This document shows, in pieces, positions 1 through 8,313 of a DNA stretch of 30,294 nucleotides; position 1 is the stretch's first letter, and each line of letters starts with the position of its first letter. Source of the stretch: Candidatus Micrarchaeota archaeon. GTDB taxonomy: Archaea; Micrarchaeota; Micrarchaeia; Anstonellales; Bilamarchaeaceae. Below the pieces are notes generated by a model. It was not told where the DNA came from and searched no databases. It saw nothing but the letters and a program-made list of their open reading frames with translations. The stretch spans positions 1-30,294 of the forward strand of contig JBGFRX010000039.1 of assembly GCA_041694885.1 (NCBI GenBank), given 5' to 3'. The translations under genes were made by a program, and so were the position numbers.

Positions 1-17
1 ATGAAGCCAGTTTGACC

Positions 18-33
18 GAAAGATTTATAAAAA
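18..33 (+). promoter_or_regulatory. Putative archaeal BRE/TATA promoter for the 79..423 gene
   Basis: cgaaagatttataaaa: purine-rich BRE-like stretch followed by TTTATAAA. SD-like GAGGTG at 68-73 lies 5 nt before the ATG at 79. Confidence 0.55.
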
Positions 34-78
34 TTGAATAGGACTTAGGACCAGTTCCTTAAAATAAGAGGTGAAAAA

Positions 79-423
79 ATGGTGAAACAAATTGGACCTC
101 CGGCATTCTTGGCAGGCATCCTACTTTCTGCGCTTGCTGGTTTCCTGTGGCCTACGAACATTACGGTCATGATCGTAGTGGCATCGTTGGGCGTGCTGGT
201 AGGCGTGCTCAACATAGCCGACAAGGAGGTGAGCGGCTTCCTGCTCGCGTCGCTGACGTTCATGATTTCCATAGGCGGCTTCATCAATCTGGGCACGGTC
301 TTCGGACAGCTTCCGGGCCTCACCCAGGCAATACCGGCGTTTTTAGGCTACATAGTGGCTTTCGTCGGCCCTGCTGCATCTGTAGTCGCCTTCAAGCAGA
401 TTTGGATGCTTGCAAAGGACTGA
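79..423 (+). CDS. Small multi-pass membrane protein of unknown function (114 aa)
   Basis: Strong SD (GAGGTG-N5-ATG), 3-4 hydrophobic helices, motif GVLVGVLNIADKEVSGFL, T-rich tract after the stop. Confidence 0.8.
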   Translation: MVKQIGPPAFLAGILLSALAGFLWPTNITVMIVVASLGVLVGVLNIADKEVSGFLLASLTFMISIGGFINLGTVFGQLPGLTQAIPAFLGYIVAFVGPAASVVAFKQIWMLAKD

Positions 424-448
424 TTTTTTCTTTTTCTCTTTATTTTAT
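424..448 (+). terminator. Oligo-T tract, probable archaeal terminator at the convergent junction with thiI
   Basis: ttttttctttttctctttattttat immediately after TGA at 421-423. Confidence 0.4.
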
Positions 449-1597
449 CTCCAAAATGCGCACTTTTTCAGCTGTCCTTTCCACTATCTCTTTTATTCTC
501 ATTCTTTCCGCCAGCCCCTCCACTATTTCAATTCGTGCCCTAGTTTCCGGATTCTCAATTGCAACGAGGGAGCAGCAGTCCTTGTAGGGTTTTATCGAAA
601 TTCCGTAAGTGCCGATTTCCTCAGCCATCCGGATTATTTCGTTCTTGTTCATCCCTATAAGCGGTCTGAAAACAGGGATTTCCAGTTCCTTGTTTATGGC
701 AGAAATGTTCTCCATTGTCTGAGAAGCCACCTGGCCCAGCGAGTCGCCGCTCACTATCGCAAGCGCCCCTTCCTTTTCCGCGATTTTCTGCGCAAGAAGG
801 TAGATGAATTTCCTGAACATCACTAACTCGTATTTGGGCGGAATGGAAAGCGTCTTCTTGTAGAACTCCAAATAGTCCGCAAAATAAAGCCGCCCTCCGC
901 CCTGCCACTTCGCCAGAACCCCGACCAGTTCCGTTATTTTCGACTTTTCCGCTTCTCCGGAATCTGCAAAAGGGTGCAAGTGGAGGAAAATAACCTCCGC
1001 TCCCCTTCTCATCATCGTCCATGCAGCAACCGGAGAGTCAATTCCGCCTGAGAGCAACGCAACGGCCTTTCCTGAAATTCCAGAAGGAAGCCCGCCCTGG
1101 CCCCTGATTTTTTCAAAATGCACGAATGCCCTGTCCCTTTGCATTATTTCCACATATATGGTAAGGTCGGGCCGTTCCAACTGCACTTTGCAGCCGAACT
1201 TTTCCACTATTGCAGCGCCCAAATCCCTGCTTAGTTCCATGGAAGTAAAGGGAAGTTTCTTGTCCCCACGCTTCGTTTCCACCTTTATTTTTTTGTTTTT
1301 GATTTCAGGGGGCTTTTCGGATAAATGGTCCAAAATGAATTTTTTAATCGCTTCACTGCTCTTTCCAACCCCGTAAACGCGCGCAAACCATTCAATTCCG
1401 AAAACGCGCACAAGTGCTTCCTTCACCCTGCCTTCATCCGCATCGCTTTCGAAAAAAATCCGCTTCTCCAGTTTTTCTGCTTTCCCCGCCTCACCGCCCA
1501 GCGCATTTTTGATATTCGCAATAAGCTTGTCCTCGAAAAGATAGCGATTCCTTCCTTTGAGTGCGATCTCGCTGCAATGCGCGGTGTAAAGAGGCAT
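440..1597 (-). CDS. thiI: tRNA 4-thiouridine synthase ThiI (THUMP + PP-loop, no rhodanese domain)
   Basis: SEIALKGRNR N-terminus, LLSGGIDSPVA PP-loop, GDSLGQVASQT, FRPLIG, DCC. Start reassigned to the ATG at 1597, 2 nt after the dapF stop. Confidence 0.95.
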   Translation of the reverse strand: MPLYTAHCSEIALKGRNRYLFEDKLIANIKNALGGEAGKAEKLEKRIFFESDADEGRVKEALVRVFGIEWFARVYGVGKSSEAIKKFILDHLSEKPPEIKNKKIKVETKRGDKKLPFTSMELSRDLGAAIVEKFGCKVQLERPDLTIYVEIMQRDRAFVHFEKIRGQGGLPSGISGKAVALLSGGIDSPVAAWTMMRRGAEVIFLHLHPFADSGEAEKSKITELVGVLAKWQGGGRLYFADYLEFYKKTLSIPPKYELVMFRKFIYLLAQKIAEKEGALAIVSGDSLGQVASQTMENISAINKELEIPVFRPLIGMNKNEIIRMAEEIGTYGISIKPYKDCCSLVAIENPETRARIEIVEGLAERMRIKEIVERTAEKVRILEIK

Positions 1598-1599
1598 GT

Positions 1600-2424
1600 T
1601 TATCCCGCGTACTCGATTTCTCCACTGAAAACGCGTCTTGCCGGCCCGTCCATCATCACTTTGGAAAAGTCGTCGGAAAGGGTTATTTTCAGCACCCCTC
1701 CGGGAAGTTTTATGCTCACGGGTTTGCTCGTTTTGACAAGATTCTCCTTCGCAGCGGCGGCAACTGTTGCGCAAGCGCCTGTTCCGCATGCATGGGTAAG
1801 TCCTGCGCCGCGCTCGTAAACAATCAGTTCGATTTCGCTATCGCTTTTCACGTGCGCAAATTCAACGTTCGTCCGGTTGGGGAAGCGTTCGTGTTTCTCG
1901 ATTTTCGGACCTTTTTCTCCAGCCTCGGCAATGTTTATTCTTTCCTTGAACATCACCGCATGCGGATTTCCCATCGAGACGAGATGAAGATGCTCTCCAT
2001 GAATTTCAGCAGTTCCCAAAAATTCTGGCGTTCCCATATTCACAACAACACTGAGCACCTCATCGCTTCCGGTTTTTTGTTTCGAGTTCAGGATTTTGAT
2101 TTCTACGTTTTTCACTCCAGTAGCGGTTTCGATTCCGAATTTCTTCTCCTTCACGTAGCCGAAATCATAGAGGTGCTTCGCAACGCACCTTATTCCGTTG
2201 CCGCACATCTCCGCTTCACTTCCGTCGGAATTGAGCAGCCGCATGAAATACTCCTTCTTTTTGCCCCTTTCCAAATATAATACTCCATCTGCACCTATGC
2301 CAAAATGTCTGTCGCACATTTTTACTACAAATTCCCGGCTCTTCGGCATCTTTCCTTCGAAATCCTCGATAAGGATGAAGTCATTCCCAGTACCTTCGTA
2401 TTTGTGGAATTTTATTTTAGTCAT
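1600..2424 (-). CDS. dapF: Diaminopimelate epimerase
   Basis: KYEGTGNDF, DRHFGIGADG, NSDGSEAEMCGNG, SMGNPH, ERGAGLTHACGTG (both catalytic Cys present). ATG at 2424 overlaps the lysA stop (ATGA). Confidence 0.97.
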   Translation of the reverse strand: MTKIKFHKYEGTGNDFILIEDFEGKMPKSREFVVKMCDRHFGIGADGVLYLERGKKKEYFMRLLNSDGSEAEMCGNGIRCVAKHLYDFGYVKEKKFGIETATGVKNVEIKILNSKQKTGSDEVLSVVVNMGTPEFLGTAEIHGEHLHLVSMGNPHAVMFKERINIAEAGEKGPKIEKHERFPNRTNVEFAHVKSDSEIELIVYERGAGLTHACGTGACATVAAAAKENLVKTSKPVSIKLPGGVLKITLSDDFSKVMMDGPARRVFSGEIEYAG

Positions 2425-3710
2425 TTTAACCAACTTGCCTTTTTTTGCCCTGAAAGCATCTTCTCAAACGTGTCGCGCTCGCGCACCAGCTCGTACTTTC
2501 CGTTGTTGACGAGCACTTCCGCTGCCCTTGGTCTAAGATTGTAGTTCGAGCTCATACTGTACCCGTATGCGCCTGCTGTTAGCACTGCGAGTAAATCTCC
2601 TTCCTCTAATTTCGGAAGCATTCTTCCCTTAGCCAGAAAGTCCCCACTTTCGCAAACAGGCCCTACAACATCATACGTCTCATTCTCCCTTTCGCCTGAT
2701 TTTCCATCCACAAGAATATGATGGTAGGAATCGTACATTGCAGGCCTTACGAGGATGTTGAAGCCCGCATCCACTCCAGCAAAGTTCTTGTGCGGCGTCC
2801 TTTTCAGTGTATTTACCCGGGTAAGCAGAACTGCTGCATCTGCAACCAAGTACCTTCCCGGCTCTATGCAGAAGTACGGTTCGCCCAATCCATGCTCCTT
2901 TATTTTCTGCCAGAAGAGCCCGAGCACTTCGTTGCAGTACTGTTCAAGGTCCAGCTCGCCAGCTTCCGGTTTATAAGGCACGCCGAGCCCTCCACCTATG
3001 TTTATGAACTCGAATTCCACCTCCACTTCCTTTGAAATTTTCCCGGCGATATCCATGAAGTGCGCAAGCGCCACTGTGAAGTCCTTCACGTGGAGGATAT
3101 TGGAGCCGATGTGCATGTGTATCCCAAACCTCTTTACGTCCGCCTTCTTCGCCTTTCTGTACGCCTCCACTCCATCCGTCTCCCATATCCCGAACTTTGA
3201 ATCCTTTCCGCCGGTTATGACGTGGGAATGGTGGCCTGCGCCCACTTCCGGATTTATCCGGAAGGATATGAAATCCGGCACTTTGATTTTTGCCAATCGC
3301 TCGAAGGCGGAATGCGAATCCACATTCACGCGTATCCCGTTCGCAGTCAGCGCCTCAAGCTCCTCGTCGCTTACGTTCGTGCCGGTGAACAGGATTTTTT
3401 CCCCGGCAAAACCGGCTTCAATTGCAGCAAGCGTTTCGTTTACCGAGACCGCATCTATGTACGCGCCCTCGGAATTCAGAATTTCAAGGATGTTGAGGTT
3501 GGAATTCGCCTTTATCGCGTAGTGTATGCGCACCTTCGGGTATTTCCCGGAAAGCGCTGCGCTCAGCCGGCGATAATTTTCCCTTATCCTCCGCTCGTTT
3601 ATTGCGTAAAGCGGAGTCCCGAACTTTTGGGCTAACTCGCTTACGCTCGCCGTGCCTATGAAAAGGCATCCATTCCGCGCTTCAAGCCCTGTTTTGTAAA
3701 AGTCCACCAT
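2421..3710 (-). CDS. lysA: Diaminopimelate decarboxylase
   Basis: FGTPLY, YAIKAN (PLP Lys), SKFG, HMHIGS, GGGLG, EPGRYLV, GPVCESGD, GAYGYSMSSNYN. Start ATG 3710 preferred; GTG 3728 possible. Confidence 0.96.
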   Translation of the reverse strand: MVDFYKTGLEARNGCLFIGTASVSELAQKFGTPLYAINERRIRENYRRLSAALSGKYPKVRIHYAIKANSNLNILEILNSEGAYIDAVSVNETLAAIEAGFAGEKILFTGTNVSDEELEALTANGIRVNVDSHSAFERLAKIKVPDFISFRINPEVGAGHHSHVITGGKDSKFGIWETDGVEAYRKAKKADVKRFGIHMHIGSNILHVKDFTVALAHFMDIAGKISKEVEVEFEFINIGGGLGVPYKPEAGELDLEQYCNEVLGLFWQKIKEHGLGEPYFCIEPGRYLVADAAVLLTRVNTLKRTPHKNFAGVDAGFNILVRPAMYDSYHHILVDGKSGERENETYDVVGPVCESGDFLAKGRMLPKLEEGDLLAVLTAGAYGYSMSSNYNLRPRAAEVLVNNGKYELVRERDTFEKMLSGQKKASWLK

Positions 3711-3728
3711 CTGAACCACTGATTTCAC

Positions 3729-3762
3729 TGAAGCACCCCGGGCTAAAGCCCGTGGTGCTTCA
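3729..3762. repeat. GC-rich 34-bp near-perfect inverted repeat just upstream of lysA
   Basis: TGAAGCACC-C-CGGGCT-AA-AGCCCG-T-GGTGCTTCA: 15 complementary pairs with one mismatch. Confidence 0.85.
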
Positions 3763-3794
3763 CAGTATAAAATTAGAAAAAGTTAATTAAATGC

Positions 3795-4055
3795 CTATGC
3801 CTGCAAGGATATTATTTTCCTTATCGCTTTGCCGCCTTTGCGAGGTATGCCGTTTGCGCTGGCTATCTTGCGTACGAGTTCGGCAATCTCTTCGTTTCTT
3901 TCCTTTTCGCCGTTAAAGGCGCGCACCAGCCATGGTAACGCATCAGTTCCTGATTCCAGGAGCTTCTCCTTCGCATAATCCTGTCCAGTGCCTGCAGTGC
4001 CGAGTTTTCCTATCCATTCCAAAATATCTATCTCGGAGACATGCACTGCATTCAT
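3795..4055 (-). CDS. Small hypothetical helical protein (possible single HEAT-like unit)
   Basis: SD GAGGTG 6 nt before the ATG; fills the intergenic gap; segment AKEKLLESGTDALPWLVRAF is HEAT-like. Confidence 0.6.
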   Translation of the reverse strand: MNAVHVSEIDILEWIGKLGTAGTGQDYAKEKLLESGTDALPWLVRAFNGEKERNEEIAELVRKIASANGIPRKGGKAIRKIISLQA

Positions 4056-4099
4056 TTAGGTCACCTCATTTCTTTGCTTTAGCCCAGATTACGCGAATG

Positions 4100-4138
4100 T
4101 TTATATTTATAATTTGTGTTATGAATATAACAAATTAT
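4100..4138 (+). promoter_or_regulatory. TATA-like box plus downstream inverted repeat (candidate operator) before the ACT-domain gene
   Basis: tttatatttata at 4100-4111; ATAATTTGT (4109-4117) N12 ACAAATTAT (4130-4138). Confidence 0.5.
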
Positions 4139-4153
4139 TTTGTAGGTGTTGAT

Positions 4154-4831
4154 ATGGTGACTGTAGCGCACATAATTGCAAAACTGATAAGGGACGAACC
4201 GATAATAGAGGATGCGCTAGCCAAGGATCTCTTCAACTATTCCAAGCTCGCGGTGTATTTTCACAAAAAGGTGGAGAAGGAACTAGGAAGAAGCGTGAAG
4301 CCCTCAGCAATAGTGATGGCGATAGCGCGCAGCGCAGAGAAGATAAGGCAGGACTACGAGGGCAGGGTGAGCCAGAAAACGTTCAGTCATGCAGAACTTT
4401 CCGTGCGTTCTGGCATCGCAGAAATAACCGTGCAGAAATCATCCTCATGTTTCGAGGACCTTGCAAAGCTCTACAAAATCGTGGATCTTTCCGGCGGCGA
4501 CGTGCTTAACATAAACATAGGGGGAAGCGAGGTTTCCATAATCTTCACCGAACGCCACCTCGACGCGTTCAAGAAGGTGCTACGGAACGAGAAGATAAAG
4601 ATGGAATTGTGCAACCTTTCCGAAATCGCGATAAGGTTCCCGAAGGACTACCTTTACGAGCCCGGCTTCATATATACGATTACGAGGCATTTCGCGTGGT
4701 ACGGGATAAACATAGTGGAGATGGTGTCAACTCTGAGCGAGCTCATAGTCGTTGTAAAAAGCGAGGATGCCACTATCGCGTACAGCGCATTGCAGGAATT
4801 CTTCGCGCAGAAAAAGGCGAAGAAGGAATAA
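4154..4831 (+). CDS. ACT-domain protein with a helical N-terminal domain (aspartokinase regulatory-like; putative amino-acid-responsive regulator)
   Basis: GGTG-N5-ATG at 4154; N-terminal DLFNYSKLA..SAIVMAIAR; C-terminal ACT signature PGFIYTITRHFAWYGINIVEMVSTLSELIVVV; no kinase domain. Confidence 0.8.
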   Translation: MVTVAHIIAKLIRDEPIIEDALAKDLFNYSKLAVYFHKKVEKELGRSVKPSAIVMAIARSAEKIRQDYEGRVSQKTFSHAELSVRSGIAEITVQKSSSCFEDLAKLYKIVDLSGGDVLNINIGGSEVSIIFTERHLDAFKKVLRNEKIKMELCNLSEIAIRFPKDYLYEPGFIYTITRHFAWYGINIVEMVSTLSELIVVVKSEDATIAYSALQEFFAQKKAKKE

Positions 4832-5953
4832 TCAAAGCCCTTCCACGACCTTATTTATCCTTTCCGCACCTGATTTCAGAACACTTTGCTTTTTCGCGAA
4901 TGAGAATCTTACTGCATTGGGCGCGCATTTCCCGAAAACTCCGCCCGGCACAGAGAGTACATTTTTTCTGGCCAGTTTTTCAGCGAACTGATCTCCATTG
5001 ATACCGAGCGCCCCGGTCTTTGCAAAATAATAGTACGTTGCAGCAGGAAAATTTCCCCTGAGCCGTTTCGAAAGCGCATTTACGAACGTATTTCTCCTTT
5101 TTTCCAATGTTTTCCTCCTTTGTTCCACCCCTTTGTCGTCGTTCTCGAGCGCATATTTCGCCGCCTGCTGCACAAAAAGGGGAACTGCGGTGCTCTGGTG
5201 GAGCTGTACCTTTCTCATAGCTTCGACTATGTATTTTTCCGCTATTGCATATCCGATCCTCCAGCCGCTCATTGCGTACGTCTTTGAGAAGCTGTTCACC
5301 ACCACGATGTTCTCAAGCCCAAACCTGCCTGCGGAAACGTGTTTGTTTGCATCAAAGATTATCTTGTAATATGGCTCATCGCTCACTACGAGAATGTTCT
5401 GTTCCACTGCGATTTCCGCGAGCCGCTTCACAATCCCCTCGCCGTACACCTCTCCGGTTGGATTGGAAGGATTGGAAAAAATGACCATCTTCGTGCGGGG
5501 CGTTATTTTTTCCTCCACATCCTGCAGAAATGTTTGCGCGGTGTTCGCATCAGCAGGAACAGGAGTTCCTCCAGCAAGCTTGACTATCTGCGTATAAGAA
5601 AACCATCCGGGATCCTGCACGATCACTTCATCGCCCTTTTCAATCATGCACTGCATGAGCGCGTATATCGTGCCCTTTGCCCCAAAACTCACAATCACAT
5701 TATCCTTCGTAGAATTCACATCGCATTCCTGCCGGTACTTCTCTGAAATCAGTTCGCGCAGATCTTCGTTTCCCAAAGTAGGCGCATAAGGCACGGATTT
5801 GCCCTTCATTGCGCGGTGCATCGCATCCTTTATGCGCTCCGGCGTCTCAGCCAAATCGCCTATGCTCAAATCAATCATGCCCGGCTTCCGCATTGCAAAA
5901 ATTTTGGAGAGCGCATCGTTCTCATCAGGCACTCGTCCGCTTAGCCGCAACAT
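4832..5953 (-). CDS. PLP-dependent class I aminotransferase, copy A (aspartate-aminotransferase-like)
   Basis: NPSNPTG, SDEPY, NSFSKTYAMSGWRIGY (PLP Lys), VRFSFA. Start ATG 5953 or overlapping GTG 5962. Confidence 0.93.
   Translation of the reverse strand: MLRLSGRVPDENDALSKIFAMRKPGMIDLSIGDLAETPERIKDAMHRAMKGKSVPYAPTLGNEDLRELISEKYRQECDVNSTKDNVIVSFGAKGTIYALMQCMIEKGDEVIVQDPGWFSYTQIVKLAGGTPVPADANTAQTFLQDVEEKITPRTKMVIFSNPSNPTGEVYGEGIVKRLAEIAVEQNILVVSDEPYYKIIFDANKHVSAGRFGLENIVVVNSFSKTYAMSGWRIGYAIAEKYIVEAMRKVQLHQSTAVPLFVQQAAKYALENDDKGVEQRRKTLEKRRNTFVNALSKRLRGNFPAATYYYFAKTGALGINGDQFAEKLARKNVLSVPGGVFGKCAPNAVRFSFAKKQSVLKSGAERINKVVEGL
5412..5566. repeat. Direct repeat copy 1 (155 bp, 1 mismatch to 6539-6693)
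   Basis: Base-by-base match at constant offset 1127; the only difference is T5534/C6661. Confidence 0.9.
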
Positions 5954-5958
5954 ATCAT

Positions 5959-7083
5959 TCACAGAGCATCGACAACTTCGTTTATCTTTTTCGCGCCTTC
6001 CTCCAACTCTGCCTCAGGCTTTGCGAATGAGAATCTTACTGCATTGGGCGCGTATTTCCCGAACAGATAGCCGGGAACCGCAAGCACCCCGTTTGCTATA
6101 AGTTTTTCCACAAGAGCTTTTCCATCCAGCCTGAGCGCATCTGTGCGGGCGAAGTAGTAGAAAGTTGCCTGCGGCATCTTTCCCGCGAGTTTTCTGGAAA
6201 GCGCATTCACGAAAAAATCCCTTCTCTTGAGGTAGATCCGCTTTCTCTCCTCAATCCCATCCGCATCGTTCTCGAGCGCGTGCTTTGCCGCTGCCTGAGT
6301 GAACGGCGCTACAGAAGTGCTCTGGTGGAGCTGGAGCTTCTTCATCCCTTCGACCAGATAGTTCTCCGCTATTATGTAGCCAATTCTCCAGCCGCTCATT
6401 GCGTACGTCTTTGAGAAGCTGTTCACCACCGCGACGTTTTCAAGCCCGAATCTTCCTGCGGAAACATGTCTGCTTCCGTCGAATATCATTTTATGGTAGG
6501 GCTCGTCGCTTACAAGGAGCACGTTTTTTTCCTTTGCTATTTCCGCGAGCCGCTTCACAATCCCCTCGCCGTACACCTCTCCGGTTGGATTGGAAGGATT
6601 GGAAAAAATGACCATCTTCGTGCGGGGCGTTATTTTTTCCTCCACATCCTGCAGAAATGTCTGCGCGGTGTTCGCATCAGCAGGAACAGGAGTCCCTTCA
6701 GCCAGCTTTATTATCTCATTATATGATATCCAGCCTGGATCCTGCACTATAACCTCGTCGCCCTTTTGCACAGTGCATTGCATGAGTGCGTAGATTATGC
6801 CCTTCGCGCCATGACTTATCATCACGTTGTCCTTTGCCGAATCCACTCCGTATTCCTCCTTGTATTTCGCTGAAATCGCTTCGCGCAATCCGTCGTCCCC
6901 GAGCGGAGGCGCATACCTTATGTTGTTTCTCGTCATAGCCCTGTAAGCAGCCTCCTTTATGTGCGCAGGCGTGTCGAGGCCCGGCTCGCCCACGCTCAGG
7001 TCCACCATCCTGTTACTGCGGGCTGAAAGAAATTTTGCGAAACCCATTTCTATGCCCGATATTCTTTCAGTTAGGGTTATCAT
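5959..7083 (-). CDS. PLP-dependent class I aminotransferase, copy B
   Basis: DLSVGEP, YAPPLG, NPSNPTG, SDEPY, SFSKTYAMSGWRIGY. Start ATG 7083 with TTTATAAA about 25 nt upstream, consistent with a leaderless transcript. Confidence 0.93.
   Translation of the reverse strand: MITLTERISGIEMGFAKFLSARSNRMVDLSVGEPGLDTPAHIKEAAYRAMTRNNIRYAPPLGDDGLREAISAKYKEEYGVDSAKDNVMISHGAKGIIYALMQCTVQKGDEVIVQDPGWISYNEIIKLAEGTPVPADANTAQTFLQDVEEKITPRTKMVIFSNPSNPTGEVYGEGIVKRLAEIAKEKNVLLVSDEPYHKMIFDGSRHVSAGRFGLENVAVVNSFSKTYAMSGWRIGYIIAENYLVEGMKKLQLHQSTSVAPFTQAAAKHALENDADGIEERKRIYLKRRDFFVNALSRKLAGKMPQATFYYFARTDALRLDGKALVEKLIANGVLAVPGYLFGKYAPNAVRFSFAKPEAELEEGAKKINEVVDAL
6539..6693. repeat. Direct repeat copy 2 (155 bp, 1 mismatch to 5412-5566)
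   Basis: Same base-by-base comparison as copy 1 (offset 1127). Confidence 0.9.
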
Positions 7084-7144
7084 AGCAGTCCTTTGAGAAA
7101 TGGGATTTATAAATTTGCCGCGGCCCTTTTCGGCAATAAGCGAA

Positions 7145-8224
7145 TTAGTCCGTATCCGTATACCCTTCAAAAACAAAATCTTTTCCTATTTTTTTCATTT
7201 CCAAATACCGCGGTTTTATTGCAGAGGACATTTTCGCAATTCCCTTTCCACCTACTGCAATCTTTGCATCCTTCCCTCCTATTATTTTCGGCGCATAAAT
7301 GAGAATTATCTTATGTGCTAATTTCAGGTCGAGAAAAGCCCCGTGCACTTCTCCTCCGCCTTCTACGAAAAGAGACGTTATCCCAGTTTCGCCCAATTTT
7401 TTCAGCAGGACTTTCAAATCAACCCTTTCCTTTCCGCAAATCAGGACATTTGCGCCCATCTTCTCCAGTTTCTCTCTCTTCGTCTTTTCGGACTTTTCGC
7501 TTGCCGCAATGATTATTCTGCCTTTCTTCCAGATGTTTCCCGTAAGCGGAACGCGCAGTCCGCTGTCCAGAATTATTTTCGTATCTTTTCCACTTCCATC
7601 CAGATGCGGGTCATCCTTCAGCACGGTGTTTATTCCAACTAACACGGCATCGCATTTTCCCCTCAATTTATGCGCATAATCCCGCGCCTTTTTCCCGGTT
7701 ATCCATTTCGAGTCACCTGTGTGCGTCGCGATTTTCCCATCCAGGGACATAGCTATCTTCAAGACCACAAAAGGCATTTTCGTTTTGGAATATTTTATGA
7801 AAATTTCGTTCAATTTTCGCGCTTCGCTTCCGCAGATTCCCTTTATAACTCCTATTCCATGATTCCTCAATTCGCTTTCGCCGCGTCCTTTCACATTAGG
7901 GTTCGGATCCTTCATCGCAAAAACAACCCTCTTTATTCCTGCGCGAGTTATCGCCTGCGTGCACGGTGGTGTCCTTCCATAATGGTTGCACGGTTCAAAA
8001 GTTACGTAAAGCGTCGCTCCTTTCGCATTCTTGCCAGCGTCATTTATCGCTTCCACTTCCGCGTGCGCAAGTCCGGCTCGTTTGTGGAATCCCTTCCCTA
8101 TTATTTTTCCGTTTTTAACCAGCACTGCACCAACGTACGGGTTGGGGGAAGGATTGCCTTTTGCTGCGAGCTTCAATGCGAGCTGCATATATGTTTCGTG
8201 TTCTGCGTTTTGTATTTTGCCCAT
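7145..8224 (-). CDS. ribD: Bifunctional pyrimidine deaminase/reductase RibD (bacterial type)
   Basis: SPNPYVGAV, HAE, EPCNHYGRTPPC deaminase Zn motifs; SLDGKIA, SKWIT, DDPHL, VEGG reductase motifs. Confidence 0.96.
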   Translation of the reverse strand: MGKIQNAEHETYMQLALKLAAKGNPSPNPYVGAVLVKNGKIIGKGFHKRAGLAHAEVEAINDAGKNAKGATLYVTFEPCNHYGRTPPCTQAITRAGIKRVVFAMKDPNPNVKGRGESELRNHGIGVIKGICGSEARKLNEIFIKYSKTKMPFVVLKIAMSLDGKIATHTGDSKWITGKKARDYAHKLRGKCDAVLVGINTVLKDDPHLDGSGKDTKIILDSGLRVPLTGNIWKKGRIIIAASEKSEKTKREKLEKMGANVLICGKERVDLKVLLKKLGETGITSLFVEGGGEVHGAFLDLKLAHKIILIYAPKIIGGKDAKIAVGGKGIAKMSSAIKPRYLEMKKIGKDFVFEGYTDTD

Positions 8225-8313
8225 TTTTCCACGTCAAAATAGAGGCAAGAGGTTGTTCTTTGCCTTAAAAGTTCTCCTGCGATTACTATGATTTGGAAAC
8301 GTCGACTCTGAAA

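Noticed and set aside
1598..1789. N-terminal extensions given by the ORF track for thiI and likewise the ACT protein, aminotransferase B, dinB, pth2, nurA, gatE and rfbH
   Set aside because: The extensions overlap neighbouring genes or promoters. Family homology begins at downstream ATGs, most of which have SD, TATA or gene-coupling support.
3711..3794. Lysine riboswitch upstream of lysA
   Set aside because: The gap is about 85 nt with a single hairpin, far shorter than the multi-helix lysine aptamer.
4832..7083. Assigning dapL or aspC gene symbols to the aminotransferases
   Set aside because: The visible motifs are shared across class I subfamilies; specificity cannot be read by eye.
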